A DNA stretch of 64,000 nt, taken from positions 1 through 64,000 of the IMG/VR virus record IMGVR_UViG_2675903043_000002. One strand, written 5' to 3'. The notes beneath the pieces are model-generated. The model was not told where the DNA came from, made no database searches, and was given only the letters and a program-made list of their open reading frames with translations. This DNA comes from a virus. Its lineage: Duplodnaviria > Caudoviricetes. A program made the translations under genes and the position numbers. Shown here in pieces: positions 19,128-28,796 of the stretch (its first letter is position 1; the number at the start of each line of letters is the position of its first letter).

Positions 19128-19885
19128 GCAATATTATTCCGTTCGAATTTGAAAATCATACCGTGCGCGTTAATCTCGATGCAGATAATGAGCCATGGTT
19201 CAATGCTAACGATATCTGTAAGGCGCTAGAACATGGCAATGCACGACAAGCGCTTGAATCCCATGTCGACAAGGATGATGTCCAAAAAATGGACGTCATC
19301 GATAGTCTAGGACGCAATCAACGCGCTAACCATGTCAATGAATCCGGGTTATATGCACTGATTCTTGGCAGTAATCTGCCAAAAGCCAAGAAGTTCAAAC
19401 GCTGGGTGACGCATGAAGTATTGCCCTCGATCCGTAAAACCGGTTCCTATGCAGTGCCGGGTGCTCCCTCCCCGTTGGCGCAGCCGACGCAGGATCGCGT
19501 CAATGCGCTACTTATGATTGGTGAAGCGATCACCAAAGTGCCCGGCGTCAAGCCCAGCATCGCCATGGCTGCCACCCTGACCTGCATTCAGGAAAACACC
19601 GGACTTGCGATCGAAACCCTGCGCCGGGCGTTGCCCATCAACAATGAACCGATCTGCAGCATGAACCCGACTAGTCTGGGCGAGCATCTTGGTCACTCAG
19701 CACGGGCCGTGAATAGATGCCTGTCTGCACTGGGCTATCAGCAGCGCAATGAGCGTGACGAGTGGGAATTGACCGAAGCCGGCCAGGCATGGGGTGAAGC
19801 ATTGCCCTATTCGCGAAATGGTCATTCTGGTTACCAGATTCTTTGGAATCCTGCGGTGCTGGAACAGCTGAAGGAGGTGGCGTAA
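19124..19885 (+). CDS. BRO-N domain antirepressor-like protein
   Basis: PFEFENHTVR, PWFNANDIC, VNESGLYALI and FKRWVTHEVLPSIRKTG motifs. Confidence 0.9.
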   Translation: MSNIIPFEFENHTVRVNLDADNEPWFNANDICKALEHGNARQALESHVDKDDVQKMDVIDSLGRNQRANHVNESGLYALILGSNLPKAKKFKRWVTHEVLPSIRKTGSYAVPGAPSPLAQPTQDRVNALLMIGEAITKVPGVKPSIAMAATLTCIQENTGLAIETLRRALPINNEPICSMNPTSLGEHLGHSARAVNRCLSALGYQQRNERDEWELTEAGQAWGEALPYSRNGHSGYQILWNPAVLEQLKEVA

Positions 19886-20691
19886 TGGCTCTACCGATTA
19901 TCTCTGCCGAAGAACGGCTCAAGGAGCAGCATAGCGCCAAGATCGGTTTGATCGGTTTTCCGGGTACCGGAAAAACCACCCAGCTCAAAACCTTACCAGC
20001 GGACAAAACCCTGTTCGTCGATTTGGAGGCAGGCGATCTGTCGGTCAAGGATTGGACTGGTGATACGGTAAGGCCACGCAGCTGGAGTGAATTTCGCGAT
20101 CTGGTAGTCTTTCTCGCCGGCCCCTTGCCTACTGCCACACTCGACCAATCTTTCTCGGAAGCGCACTACCGCCACGTTTGTGAAAAGTATGGCGATCCTG
20201 GACAGCTGGCCAAGTACGAGTACTACTTTGTCGATTCACTGACCGTACTGTCACGGCTTTGCTTTGCCTGGTGCAAAACCCAGCCGCAGGCCTATTCCGA
20301 GAAAAACGGCAAGCCCGATACCCGCGGAGCTTATGGTTTATTAGGTCAGGAAATGATTGCAGCACTGACCCACTTACAACATGTGCGCGATAAGCACGTC
20401 ATTTATGTTGCCATTCTCGAAGAAAAAATGGATGACTTCAACCGGCGCTACTACCAGCTGCAACTGGAGGGCAGCAAGACTGCATTAGAGCTGCCGGGCA
20501 TCCTCGATGAAGTGGTAACACTTGCCATCCTCAAAGCCGACGATGGCAGCCCCTACCGGGCTTTCATCACACGTGCTGACAATCCATACGGCTATCCGAG
20601 CAAAGACCGCAGTGGTCGGCTCGATGCCATTGAAGAACCCTATTTGGGCCGGCTCATCCAGAAATGCCTCAGCCCCACCCCACACATTTAA
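19885..20691 (+). CDS. Phage AAA ATPase (Sak4-like recombinase)
   Basis: Walker A GFPGTGKT, DLEAG, FVDSLT and SKDRSG motifs. Confidence 0.85.
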   Translation: MALPIISAEERLKEQHSAKIGLIGFPGTGKTTQLKTLPADKTLFVDLEAGDLSVKDWTGDTVRPRSWSEFRDLVVFLAGPLPTATLDQSFSEAHYRHVCEKYGDPGQLAKYEYYFVDSLTVLSRLCFAWCKTQPQAYSEKNGKPDTRGAYGLLGQEMIAALTHLQHVRDKHVIYVAILEEKMDDFNRRYYQLQLEGSKTALELPGILDEVVTLAILKADDGSPYRAFITRADNPYGYPSKDRSGRLDAIEEPYLGRLIQKCLSPTPHI

Positions 20692-20710
20692 CATTCAAGG
20701 ATAAAAAACT

Positions 20711-21343
20711 ATGAACCAAAACAACTGGCAAGACTTTAACGATGCCGAAGCACAACAAAGTGGATTCGATCTGATCCCCAAAGGAACGCTGGTACAGGTG
20801 CGCATGACCATCAAACCGGGTGGTTATGACAACCCGGAACAAGGCTGGGCAGGCGGTTATGCCAGCGAAAGCTTCGAGACCGGCAGTGTCTATCTCGCCT
20901 GCGAATTTATCGTACTGGAAGGCCCTTACGCCAAACGCAAGCTTTGGTCAAACATCGGCTTGCAATCGAAGAAAGGGCCCACTTGGGGACAGATGGGTCG
21001 CAGTATGATCCGTGGCATCCTTAACTCCGCACGTAATGTTCACCCGCAGGATAATTCACCGCAAGCCGTTAGTGCCCGGCGCATTGAAGGGTTCCATGAA
21101 TTGGATGGAATCGAGTTTTTGGCACGGGTAGATACCGAAAAGGATGCCAAGGGTGAAGATCGCAACGTAGTGAAACACGTTATCGAACCTGATCACCCTG
21201 ACTACGCCAAGCTGATGGGTGTACTACCCAAAACCAATGTCGGCGGTGGCAACTCAAGCACGCCAGCACAAGCTGCACCGGTCCACCCCTCAGCTACTCC
21301 GCAGCGCTCACCTGCCACTGGCAAACCCGCCTGGGCACAGTAA
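20711..21343 (+). CDS. Phage ssDNA-binding-like protein (DUF669-like)
   Basis: FDLIPKG, FIVLEGPYAKRKLW and a low-complexity tail ending KPAWAQ; follows the Sak4-like ATPase. Confidence 0.65.
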   Translation: MNQNNWQDFNDAEAQQSGFDLIPKGTLVQVRMTIKPGGYDNPEQGWAGGYASESFETGSVYLACEFIVLEGPYAKRKLWSNIGLQSKKGPTWGQMGRSMIRGILNSARNVHPQDNSPQAVSARRIEGFHELDGIEFLARVDTEKDAKGEDRNVVKHVIEPDHPDYAKLMGVLPKTNVGGGNSSTPAQAAPVHPSATPQRSPATGKPAWAQ

Positions 21344-21354
21344 GGGAGACCACT

Positions 21355-21573
21355 ATGAATACAAAGACTCTCACTCTTAGCCACTACGGGGTGGTGCGCT
21401 TTGGCGATCTTGAGTGCGAAGCAGATCAGGGTGGCCGATTCGCCCGTTTTCTGGCTAATCTTGCACCTAACTCATTGTCTCAACTAGAGAATACTCATGA
21501 GCCGATTTTGTTGCCATCGGATCGGCAAGCACAGTTCTTTCCGGCCGGAATCATTGTCGAGGAGGTGGCGTGA
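21355..21573 (+). pseudogene. Short remnant resembling the N-terminus of a P63C-domain phage protein
   Basis: SHYGVVRFGDLECEA...GGRFARFL...PILLPSDRQAQFFPAGII resembles P63C-protein N-termini but is only 72 aa. Confidence 0.4.
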
Positions 21574-22028
21574 AATGCTGGATTTGCAAACGACAAGCTC
21601 GCGGCTACAGACATACCGATGGACGCTACCTTACCGCCGATCCCCGGCGCTATCCGATCGACTGGGCATTTTGCAGTCGTCGCTGCCAGGATATCTTCCA
21701 CAAACTGTATGTCAACTGGGCCGATGCTACCAAGTTTGGCAAGGAGGTCGTGATGATTGATGCCTCTGATATGGAAATTGCTGCTATGAGGCAATGCCTC
21801 AAGGCCTTCGGTCAAGCAGCGGAAACCATCGGTTTTGATAAGCCCCTCGGGGCTTATTCGCAAGATGAGGCGTTGCAGGTGATCGATGCCATCGTTAGTT
21901 GCTATACCGATGCGATGACCGATGCACATGAGGCTGCCAAGTTTCCACCGATGAAAGGGTTATCCAAGCCGATCAGTGATCCTTTTGCTGATCTACAAAA
22001 TGATCTGCCATGGGAGGAGCAAGCATGA
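21570..22028 (+). CDS. DUF6511-like zinc-finger phage protein
   Basis: CWIC and FCSRRCQ motifs; C-terminus DPFADLQNDLPWE. Confidence 0.65.
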   Translation: MKCWICKRQARGYRHTDGRYLTADPRRYPIDWAFCSRRCQDIFHKLYVNWADATKFGKEVVMIDASDMEIAAMRQCLKAFGQAAETIGFDKPLGAYSQDEALQVIDAIVSCYTDAMTDAHEAAKFPPMKGLSKPISDPFADLQNDLPWEEQA

Positions 22029-22762
22029 TGGATTTCAATTCCACTTCGAGTATCTCTGGGCAAGTTACAGCACTGATCAATGCAGGCATGCAAGGCAAAC
22101 ATGCTCAGCAAGCTGCACGACAGTATCTGGGCGCATCGCGTCTAGGGATTGCTTGTGAACGTGCGCTGCAATACGAATATGCGCAAGCACCGGTCGACTA
22201 TGGTCGGGAAATCCCAGGCTAGATGCTGCGCATTTTCGAGCGTGGTCATGTCATGGAAGAGTGCATGGTGCAGTGGTTGTGCACTGCGGGCTTTGACCTG
22301 CGCACCCGCAAACCCAACGGTGAGCAGTTTGGTTTCTCGGTGGTTGATGGCCGCTTGCAAGGCCATATCGATGGCGTGATCGTGAATGGCCCCGAGGGCT
22401 TTGCCTACCCCGCGCTTTGGGAGAATAAGTGCTTGGGCAGCAAATCCTGGCGTGAGCTGGAGAAGAATCAACTCGCCGTTGCAAAGCCGGTCTATGCCGC
22501 GCAAGTCGCACTCTATCAAGCCTATCTTGAGTTGCATGAGCACCCTGCCCTGTTTACGGCGCTCAATGCCGACACGATGGAGATCTATTCCGAACTTGTG
22601 CCGTTTGACGCGAGCCTCGCGCAGCGCATGTCCGATCGAGCGGTCAAGGTGATCAGTGCAACGGAAGCAGATGAACTGTTACCACGATCATTTAATGATT
22701 CAACCCACTTTGAATGCCGCATGTGCTCTTGGCAAGACCGATGCTGGAGGACTTTAACATGA
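22025..22762 (+). pseudogene. PD-(D/E)XK (Cas4-like) exonuclease with an in-frame TAG at 22220-22222
   Basis: Two same-frame ORFs separated by a single TAG: YLGASRLGIACERALQY in the first, GHIDG, WENK, YAAQVALY and CRMCSWQDRC in the second. Confidence 0.8.
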
Positions 22763-23022
22763 ATGACTATTTCACCCCAACCCAATCAGATGTCATCGGT
22801 GAAACGATGATCGATGCCAAACAAGCTGCTGCCGCTTTACGGCTACCGTATTACTGGTTCGCCGATCACAGTATGCGCGCCAAGTACCGGATTCCTCATT
22901 ACCTCATGGGGGGCCTGGTTCGCTACCGTCTATCTGAACTCTCAGTTTGGGCTGCGCGTAACCAATCTGTCCAGCAGCGTGAACAGCGAGAAGTTGAACA
23001 ATTCTTGGAGGAGGACAAATGA
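22759..23022 (+). CDS. Small HTH DNA-binding protein
   Basis: MIDAKQAAAALRLPYYW...IPHYLMGGLVRYRLSEL; ATGA overlaps on both sides. Confidence 0.7.
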   Translation: MNDYFTPTQSDVIGETMIDAKQAAAALRLPYYWFADHSMRAKYRIPHYLMGGLVRYRLSELSVWAARNQSVQQREQREVEQFLEEDK

Positions 23023-25313
23023 TCGATTTTAACGAAACAACTCTTCCCATCGAAGCGCTAAACGCTGAGCGCGATGAAATTCGCGCGGAGTTGCTAGGCC
23101 AGCTGGAATCGGTGTTATGGGCAATGTTTCCCGCTGGCAAGAAACGCCGGGGAAGATTCTTGACTGGTGATGTGCTGGGCAGCCCTGGCGACAGCCTGGA
23201 AGTCGTGCTCGAAGGCGAGAAGGTCGGCTTGTGGACAGACCGTGCCACGGGTGATGGTGGTGATATCTTCGATCTGATCGCAGCACATCTGGGAGTCAAC
23301 ATCATCACTGATTTTCCTCGCGTATTAGCACAGGCAAGTGATCTACTCGGGCATGCTCGTTCAGTGCCATTGCGCAAAGACAAAAAAGAGCCACCCACTG
23401 ACGAACTGGGTCCAGCCACCGCCAAGTGGGATTATCTGGACGCCAATGGCAAACTGATCGCGGTCGTTTATCGTTACGATCCACCTGGAAGAAAGAAGGA
23501 ATTCCGTCCTTGGGATGCGAGACGACGCAAGAATGCGCCACCTGAGCCACGTCCACTTTACAATCAGCCAGGCATTCTTGAAGCTGAACAAGTCATTCTG
23601 GTCGAAGGTGAGAAATGTGCACAAGCATTAATCGATATTGGCATAGCCGCGACCACTGCAATGCATGGTGCCAATGCACCGGTGGACAAGACCGATTGGT
23701 CGCCGCTTGCAGGCAAAGCAGTCTTGATTTGGCCAGATAACGATAAACCCGGCTGGAATTATGCTGACCGAGCCGCTCAAGCGATCTTGCAAGCCGGTGC
23801 GCTGTCAGTTGCCATTCTACTGCCACCTGATGATCGCTCCGATGGCTGGGATGCAGCTGATGCAATCGCCGATGGATTCAATATCGAAGATTTTATCACC
23901 CACGGTCCGCGTATCGCCGTGCAGTCCCCTGAAGAAGAAAATGGTGGCAGTCCCTACCAGAAGGATATCGGCAGAAGTGAAACCTCTGTCTGGGGTACTG
24001 AAGATGCCTTGGCATTGAATTTTACCCGGCGCTACCAACTCGATTGGCGCTATGTCGCAGCTTGGGGCAAGTGGCTGATGTGGGACGGTCAGCGCTGGCG
24101 CACAGAAGAAACATTGGCAGCCAGTAATCTAATCCGTCATGTTTGTCGCCACGCAGCCGTTCAAGCCAACAGCATCAAGGTTGCTGCAAAGCTTGCTGCC
24201 AGCAGTACGGTAGGCGGTGTCGAACGGCTGGCCCGCACGGATCGCAAGCACGCTGCGACTACCGATGAGTGGGATGCTGATATCTGGTTGCTCAACACGC
24301 CAGGGGGCATCATCGATTTGCACACCGGCCGGATGCGCGTGCATGATCGCCGTGATCGCATGACCAAGGTCGCAGCGGCTACCCCGCGCGGCAAGTGCCC
24401 GATCTGGCTGAATTTCATCGCACAGGTGACCCAGGGTGACCAACAATACGCTGCCTATCTGCAGCGCTTTGCCGGCTATTGTCTGACCGGCAGCACGCAA
24501 GAGCACGCGCTGTTCTTCCTGTACGGCACCGGCGCCAACGGCAAATCAGTGTTCGTCAATACGCTCTTCACGCTGTTGGGTGACTACGCGGCCAATGCAC
24601 CGATGGACACTTTTATGGAGGCACGAGGCGATCGGCATCCAACCGATCTGGCAGGTCTGCGTGGCGCACGCTTTGTTGGGGCTACCGAGACTGAACAGGG
24701 ACGCCGCTGGAATGAATCCAAGATCAAAGAAATCACCGGCGGTGATCGGGTATCCGCACGTTTCATGCGCCAGGATTTCTTCACTTACGTGCCACAGTTC
24801 AAGTTGGTGATCGCCGGCAATCACAAGCCAGCGATCCGCAACATCGATGAGGCAATGCGCCGGCGACTGCATCTTATTCCATTCACGATCACCGTACCAC
24901 CTGAAAAGCGCGATAAGCAGCTACAGGAAAAACTGCTCGTGGAACGCGACGGCATTCTCGCCTGGGCACTGGAAGGATGTCTGGCATGGCAGCAAAACGG
25001 TCTGACACCGCCCCAATGCGTAGTAGATGCTACGGACGAGTACTTCGACGAGGAAGACACCATCGGCGAATTTCTCGAGGAAGAGTGTCAACAGCATTCA
25101 CAAGCCAGGGTAGCCATAGCTGATGTATTCGAGCGCTGGCGACAGCGTGCGGAAAAACGCAGTGAATACATCGGCACCAGTCGCTGGTTGGTGCAACAGT
25201 TGCTTAGGCGTGGTTTTCATCGGGCCCGCACGGCCACTGGCGCTAAGGCACTGATGGGATTATCGCTCAAACCTAGGGATTCCAGTAACCGTTTGCCTTA
25301 TTGCGATGACTGA
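23019..25313 (+). CDS. Phage primase-helicase (Toprim + P4/D5-type SF3 helicase)
   Basis: Toprim VEGEKCA and WPDND; D5-N region LLNTPGG; Walker A GTGANGKS; IAGNHKP. Confidence 0.92.
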   Translation: MIDFNETTLPIEALNAERDEIRAELLGQLESVLWAMFPAGKKRRGRFLTGDVLGSPGDSLEVVLEGEKVGLWTDRATGDGGDIFDLIAAHLGVNIITDFPRVLAQASDLLGHARSVPLRKDKKEPPTDELGPATAKWDYLDANGKLIAVVYRYDPPGRKKEFRPWDARRRKNAPPEPRPLYNQPGILEAEQVILVEGEKCAQALIDIGIAATTAMHGANAPVDKTDWSPLAGKAVLIWPDNDKPGWNYADRAAQAILQAGALSVAILLPPDDRSDGWDAADAIADGFNIEDFITHGPRIAVQSPEEENGGSPYQKDIGRSETSVWGTEDALALNFTRRYQLDWRYVAAWGKWLMWDGQRWRTEETLAASNLIRHVCRHAAVQANSIKVAAKLAASSTVGGVERLARTDRKHAATTDEWDADIWLLNTPGGIIDLHTGRMRVHDRRDRMTKVAAATPRGKCPIWLNFIAQVTQGDQQYAAYLQRFAGYCLTGSTQEHALFFLYGTGANGKSVFVNTLFTLLGDYAANAPMDTFMEARGDRHPTDLAGLRGARFVGATETEQGRRWNESKIKEITGGDRVSARFMRQDFFTYVPQFKLVIAGNHKPAIRNIDEAMRRRLHLIPFTITVPPEKRDKQLQEKLLVERDGILAWALEGCLAWQQNGLTPPQCVVDATDEYFDEEDTIGEFLEEECQQHSQARVAIADVFERWRQRAEKRSEYIGTSRWLVQQLLRRGFHRARTATGAKALMGLSLKPRDSSNRLPYCDD

Positions 25314-25350
25314 GCTGAGACTTTATAAAAGTATTTGATTTTTAAGATAT

Positions 25351-25435
25351 TTGACTAATGCTGACTGAGCCATGGATTTACCCCTTACGCGCGGGCGTGA
25401 AAGAAGTTATCCATGGGACAGTCAGATTCAGTCAA
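25351..25435. repeat. Imperfect inverted repeat after the primase gene (candidate origin)
   Basis: TTGACTAATGCTGACTGAGCCATGGAT ... ATCCATGGGACAGTCAGATTCAGTCAA, preceded by an AT-rich tract. Confidence 0.55.
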
Positions 25436-25451
25436 GAAGGAGATTTTGATC

Positions 25452-25919
25452 ATGACAGCAGCACTTCTCGCCCTTGATTTGGGCACTCACACTGGCTGGG
25501 CATTAGCCAGCCGCGACGGCATCATCACGAGCGGCACCGAGCAGTTCAAACCGCAACGTTTCGAAGGAGGCGGCATGCGCTACCTCCGGTTCAAGCGTTG
25601 GCTGACAGAACTCAAGGGATGCCACGATGGCATCGACGCTGTGTTCATGGAAGAGGTACGACGACATGTAGGGGTGGACGCCGCACACGCCTATGGCGGT
25701 TTCTTGGCAACACTCACGGCGTGGTGTGAGCATCACAACATTCCATATCAAGGTGTGCCGGTGGGTACGATCAAGAAGCATGTTACGGGCAAGGGCAATG
25801 CATGCAAGGACGAGATGATTTCTTCCATCCGTAAACTTGGTCACACCCCTGTTGATGATAACGAAGCCGATGCACTGTCACTGCTGTATTGGGCTTTGGA
25901 ACATGGAGATATCAAATGA
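25452..25919 (+). CDS. RuvC-like Holliday junction resolvase
   Basis: LLALDLGTHTGWA, FMEEV, TIKKHVTGKGNA and DDNEADA motifs. Confidence 0.85.
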   Translation: MTAALLALDLGTHTGWALASRDGIITSGTEQFKPQRFEGGGMRYLRFKRWLTELKGCHDGIDAVFMEEVRRHVGVDAAHAYGGFLATLTAWCEHHNIPYQGVPVGTIKKHVTGKGNACKDEMISSIRKLGHTPVDDNEADALSLLYWALEHGDIK

Positions 25920-26461
25920 ACACTACCACATTGATCCCTGTGATCTCTGGAGCGATAAATGGTGAAACCGTGCAATTAGTCGATGCCAGGTTGCTACATC
26001 AATACCTTGAAGTTAGGCGAGATTTCTCAAACTGGATCAAGGGACGTATCGATGAATACGGCTTTGCTAAGGATGAAGATTTTCTCGTACTTGATTCGCC
26101 AAATTCGGCGAATCAAAAATCACATGGGGGCGATCGCCGCAGCAAGGATTACTTGCTGACACTCGACATGGCAAAAGAACTAGCGATGGTCGAGCGCACG
26201 CCTCGGGGACGGCAGGTGCGACGTTACTTCATCGAATGCGAACAACAATTGCGGCAGATGAAACAGAAGACCCTATCCATGACGCGTCCAAGCGCCTCTA
26301 TCAGACTCACACGTGCTGAACGGCAGGCGATCAATCGTCAAGCATGGGCTGAAGTGACAAAGGACGCACAGGCCGCTTTTAACGCCAAGCGTGAAGCTTT
26401 GATTCGCCAGATGGAACAAAGATCAGATTGTGCGCTAACTGATAAGGGAGATGTGATATGA
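25916..26461 (+). CDS. AntA/AntB antirepressor family protein
   Basis: VDARLLHQYL, FSNWIKGRI, YLLTLDMAKELAMVE and VRRYFIECE motifs. Confidence 0.9.
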   Translation: MNTTTLIPVISGAINGETVQLVDARLLHQYLEVRRDFSNWIKGRIDEYGFAKDEDFLVLDSPNSANQKSHGGDRRSKDYLLTLDMAKELAMVERTPRGRQVRRYFIECEQQLRQMKQKTLSMTRPSASIRLTRAERQAINRQAWAEVTKDAQAAFNAKREALIRQMEQRSDCALTDKGDVI

Positions 26462-26667
26462 AGCTTACACAACAACACTATCGCTGCCCCCTCGGTCGTC
26501 TACAACCACAAGTGACTGACCTGGAAGCAATCAAGCAAAACGGCTGGCGTGAGCAGCACATCCTCGTGGTGTCAGCAGATGACGATCGCCTCGACTGGAT
26601 GGAACGCGAATTGCTCAAGCGCATTGGCGAGCGCTTGTACGGTGAGAAAGGAGCACGTCATGGTTAA
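26458..26667 (+). CDS. Phage hypothetical protein
   Basis: 69-aa ORF overlapping both neighbours; YRCPLGRLQP...GWREQHILVV. Confidence 0.65.
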   Translation: MKLTQQHYRCPLGRLQPQVTDLEAIKQNGWREQHILVVSADDDRLDWMERELLKRIGERLYGEKGARHG

Positions 26668-27091
26668 ATGGACAGCTGAGCTCGTTGCAGAACGTTTCTC
26701 GGAGGCAGTTCAAACAGCAGATCGTCTTCCGCCGGTACGCGTTCAAGGTTACTTCAACTGCTGGCCAGACATTCAACGCATGGCGTGGGAGAAGCTGGGT
26801 GCTGAGCCGCGGGTGTACCGCTTCCCACCCGAGCCAGCTGCGATCGACCGCATGCATGAAACTATGCGCTGGGTGCAGTGGCTGGAGATAGAGCAACGGC
26901 ACTTGGTGTGGATGCGCGCCAAGCGCTATAGCTGGCGAGACATCACGATCCACTTTGCTTGCGACCGTACCACGGCATGGCGACGCTGGCAGAAAGCCTT
27001 GGAGGTCGTTGCAACTCGACTTAATCAGGAATGCTTGTCAGGTTCTGCTGTAGCTTCTTCTACCATCTCACGCGGAAACAGTACGACATGA
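26660..27091 (+). CDS. DUF6362-like HTH protein (possible late-gene regulator)
   Basis: WTAELVAERF, QGYFNCWP and a C-terminal HTH (SWRDI...DRTTAWRRW); last gene before the cos-like site. Confidence 0.65.
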   Translation: MVKWTAELVAERFSEAVQTADRLPPVRVQGYFNCWPDIQRMAWEKLGAEPRVYRFPPEPAAIDRMHETMRWVQWLEIEQRHLVWMRAKRYSWRDITIHFACDRTTAWRRWQKALEVVATRLNQECLSGSAVASSTISRGNSTT

Positions 27092-27285
27092 GGAGGTTTC
27101 AGCTTGTTCTTAAAACTTCCAAATTCCTGGGTCATGGGGAGTAATGTTTGCCGCGTTTGTCCCTGTTTTACTGCATTTGTCCTTTCGGTAAGCAATTGAT
27201 TGTGCAACAAAAAGGAAGAAATCATGTATTATTTCACCTATCTTCTGAACAGAAACACAATCAACAAGCCCTTAGGGGATTTGAT

Positions 27286-27382
27286 GGGTCCTTCCTGCCC
27301 AGGATGGCATGCGGGGGGCGCGCGCCCGACATCGCGCTAGCGACAGAGCAAAAAATCAGGTTACCAGAGTTACCAGTTACCA
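27286..27382 (+). other. Candidate cos packaging site (cosQ/cosN/cosB-like)
   Basis: GGGTCCT (identical to lambda cosQ) at 27286, then GC-rich ATGCGGGGGGCGCGCGCCCG, then three GTTACCA repeats (27360, 27369, 27376). Confidence 0.5.
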
Positions 27383-27391
27383 CCCCATACC

Positions 27392-27419
27392 AACCCGTCC
27401 ACGTGACGGGTTTTTTATT
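27392..27419 (+). terminator. Terminator-like hairpin before the methyltransferase
   Basis: AACCCGTC-CACGT-GACGGGTT followed by TTTTATT. Confidence 0.55.
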
Positions 27420-27422
27420 GCC

Positions 27423-28673
27423 ATGCAAAACCTACACATCGAATACCGCCCAATCGAATCGCTCGTGCCTTATATCAATAACGCCCGTACCCATTCCGAT
27501 GAACAGGTCGCGCAAATTGCCGCGTCGATGATAGAATTTGGTTGGACATCACCACTCCTGGTCGACGGTCACAACGGTCTCATCGCCGGCCACGGCAGAC
27601 TGCTCGCTGCACGTAAACTCGGCATGGATACTGTGCCAGTGATCGAACTGGCTCACCTCTCCCCTACTCAGAAGCGCGCATACATTCTGGCGGACAATCG
27701 CCTAGCCGAGAATGCTGGTTGGAATAAAGAACTACTGACCTTGGAGGTTGCTGATCTCAATTCAACCGGATTCGATCTGGATCTGCTGGGTTTCAGTAGT
27801 GATGAGCTTGATGAGCTACTGTCTCCAGAAGATCAGACAGGCCTGACCGATGAGAATGCGGTACCTGAGCCTACCGAGCATCCTGTATCCCGCATGGGCG
27901 ATGTGTGGCTGATGGGAAACCACCGCCTGCTCTGTGGCGATGCAACTGACGCCGAGAATTACCAACTGCTGCTTGGGAACGAGTTGGCAGACATGACCTT
28001 TTGCGATCCACCTTATGGGGTCAATTATGCCAACAGCGCAAAAGACAAACTGCGCGGCAAACATCGCCCGATTTTGAATGACAATCTCGGTGGTGAGTTT
28101 AAACCTTTTCTCGAAGCCGCTTGCAGTAACATACTCTCGGTTACCAAGGGGGCGGTTTACATCGCCATGAGTTCGTCAGAGCTCGACACGCTGCAAGCCG
28201 CTTTCCGGTCCGCGGGTGGCAAGTGGTCGACTTTCATCATCTGGGCCAAGAACACTTTTACGCTCGGTCGTTCTGACTACCAGCGCCAATATGAACCTAT
28301 CCTGTACGGCTGGCGCGAAGGTGCTGACCATTTCTGGTGCGGCGCACGCGATCAAGGAGACGTATGGCACATCAACAAGCCGACCAAGAACGATCTGCAT
28401 CCCACCATGAAGCCAGTGGAACTGGTGGAACGCGCCATCGTCAATTCGAGCAAAAGTCGCGACATCGTGCTCGATCCGTTTGGTGGTTCAGGAACAACGC
28501 TGATCGCCGCTGAGAAATCGGGACGTCAGGCACGGCTGATGGAACTCGATCCGAAGTATGTGGATGTGATTGTGAGACGCTGGGAGTCGTTTACGGGCAA
28601 ACAAGCCATCCTGGCTGGATGCGAACAAACATTTGCTGAAGTGGCTTCGGAGCGTCAAGAGATATCAGCGTAA
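27423..28673 (+). CDS. ParB-N domain + N6/N4 DNA methyltransferase
   Basis: NNARTHS, LIAGHGR, ADNRL (ParB-N); DPPY, HPTMKP and LDPFGGSGTT (methyltransferase). Confidence 0.92.
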   Translation: MQNLHIEYRPIESLVPYINNARTHSDEQVAQIAASMIEFGWTSPLLVDGHNGLIAGHGRLLAARKLGMDTVPVIELAHLSPTQKRAYILADNRLAENAGWNKELLTLEVADLNSTGFDLDLLGFSSDELDELLSPEDQTGLTDENAVPEPTEHPVSRMGDVWLMGNHRLLCGDATDAENYQLLLGNELADMTFCDPPYGVNYANSAKDKLRGKHRPILNDNLGGEFKPFLEAACSNILSVTKGAVYIAMSSSELDTLQAAFRSAGGKWSTFIIWAKNTFTLGRSDYQRQYEPILYGWREGADHFWCGARDQGDVWHINKPTKNDLHPTMKPVELVERAIVNSSKSRDIVLDPFGGSGTTLIAAEKSGRQARLMELDPKYVDVIVRRWESFTGKQAILAGCEQTFAEVASERQEISA

Positions 28674-28796
28674 ATTAAAAGCCAAGACTGAAGATCAGGC
28701 ATGCAACAATTAAGAGTGTGGGTAACACCGTGATGTGACAACAAAGTCTAAACGGTTATACTGCAAGCTTCTCAACCAACAGGAGTATCTCAAGCG

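Noticed and set aside
22220-22222. Amber stop-codon reassignment in the phage
   Set aside because: TAG ends other intact genes (HU 29075, head decoration 38189, holin 54045) and only one internal TAG was seen.
22025-22762. CRISPR-Cas locus suggested by the Cas4-like nuclease
   Set aside because: No other cas genes and no repeat-spacer array found; the context is a phage recombination module.
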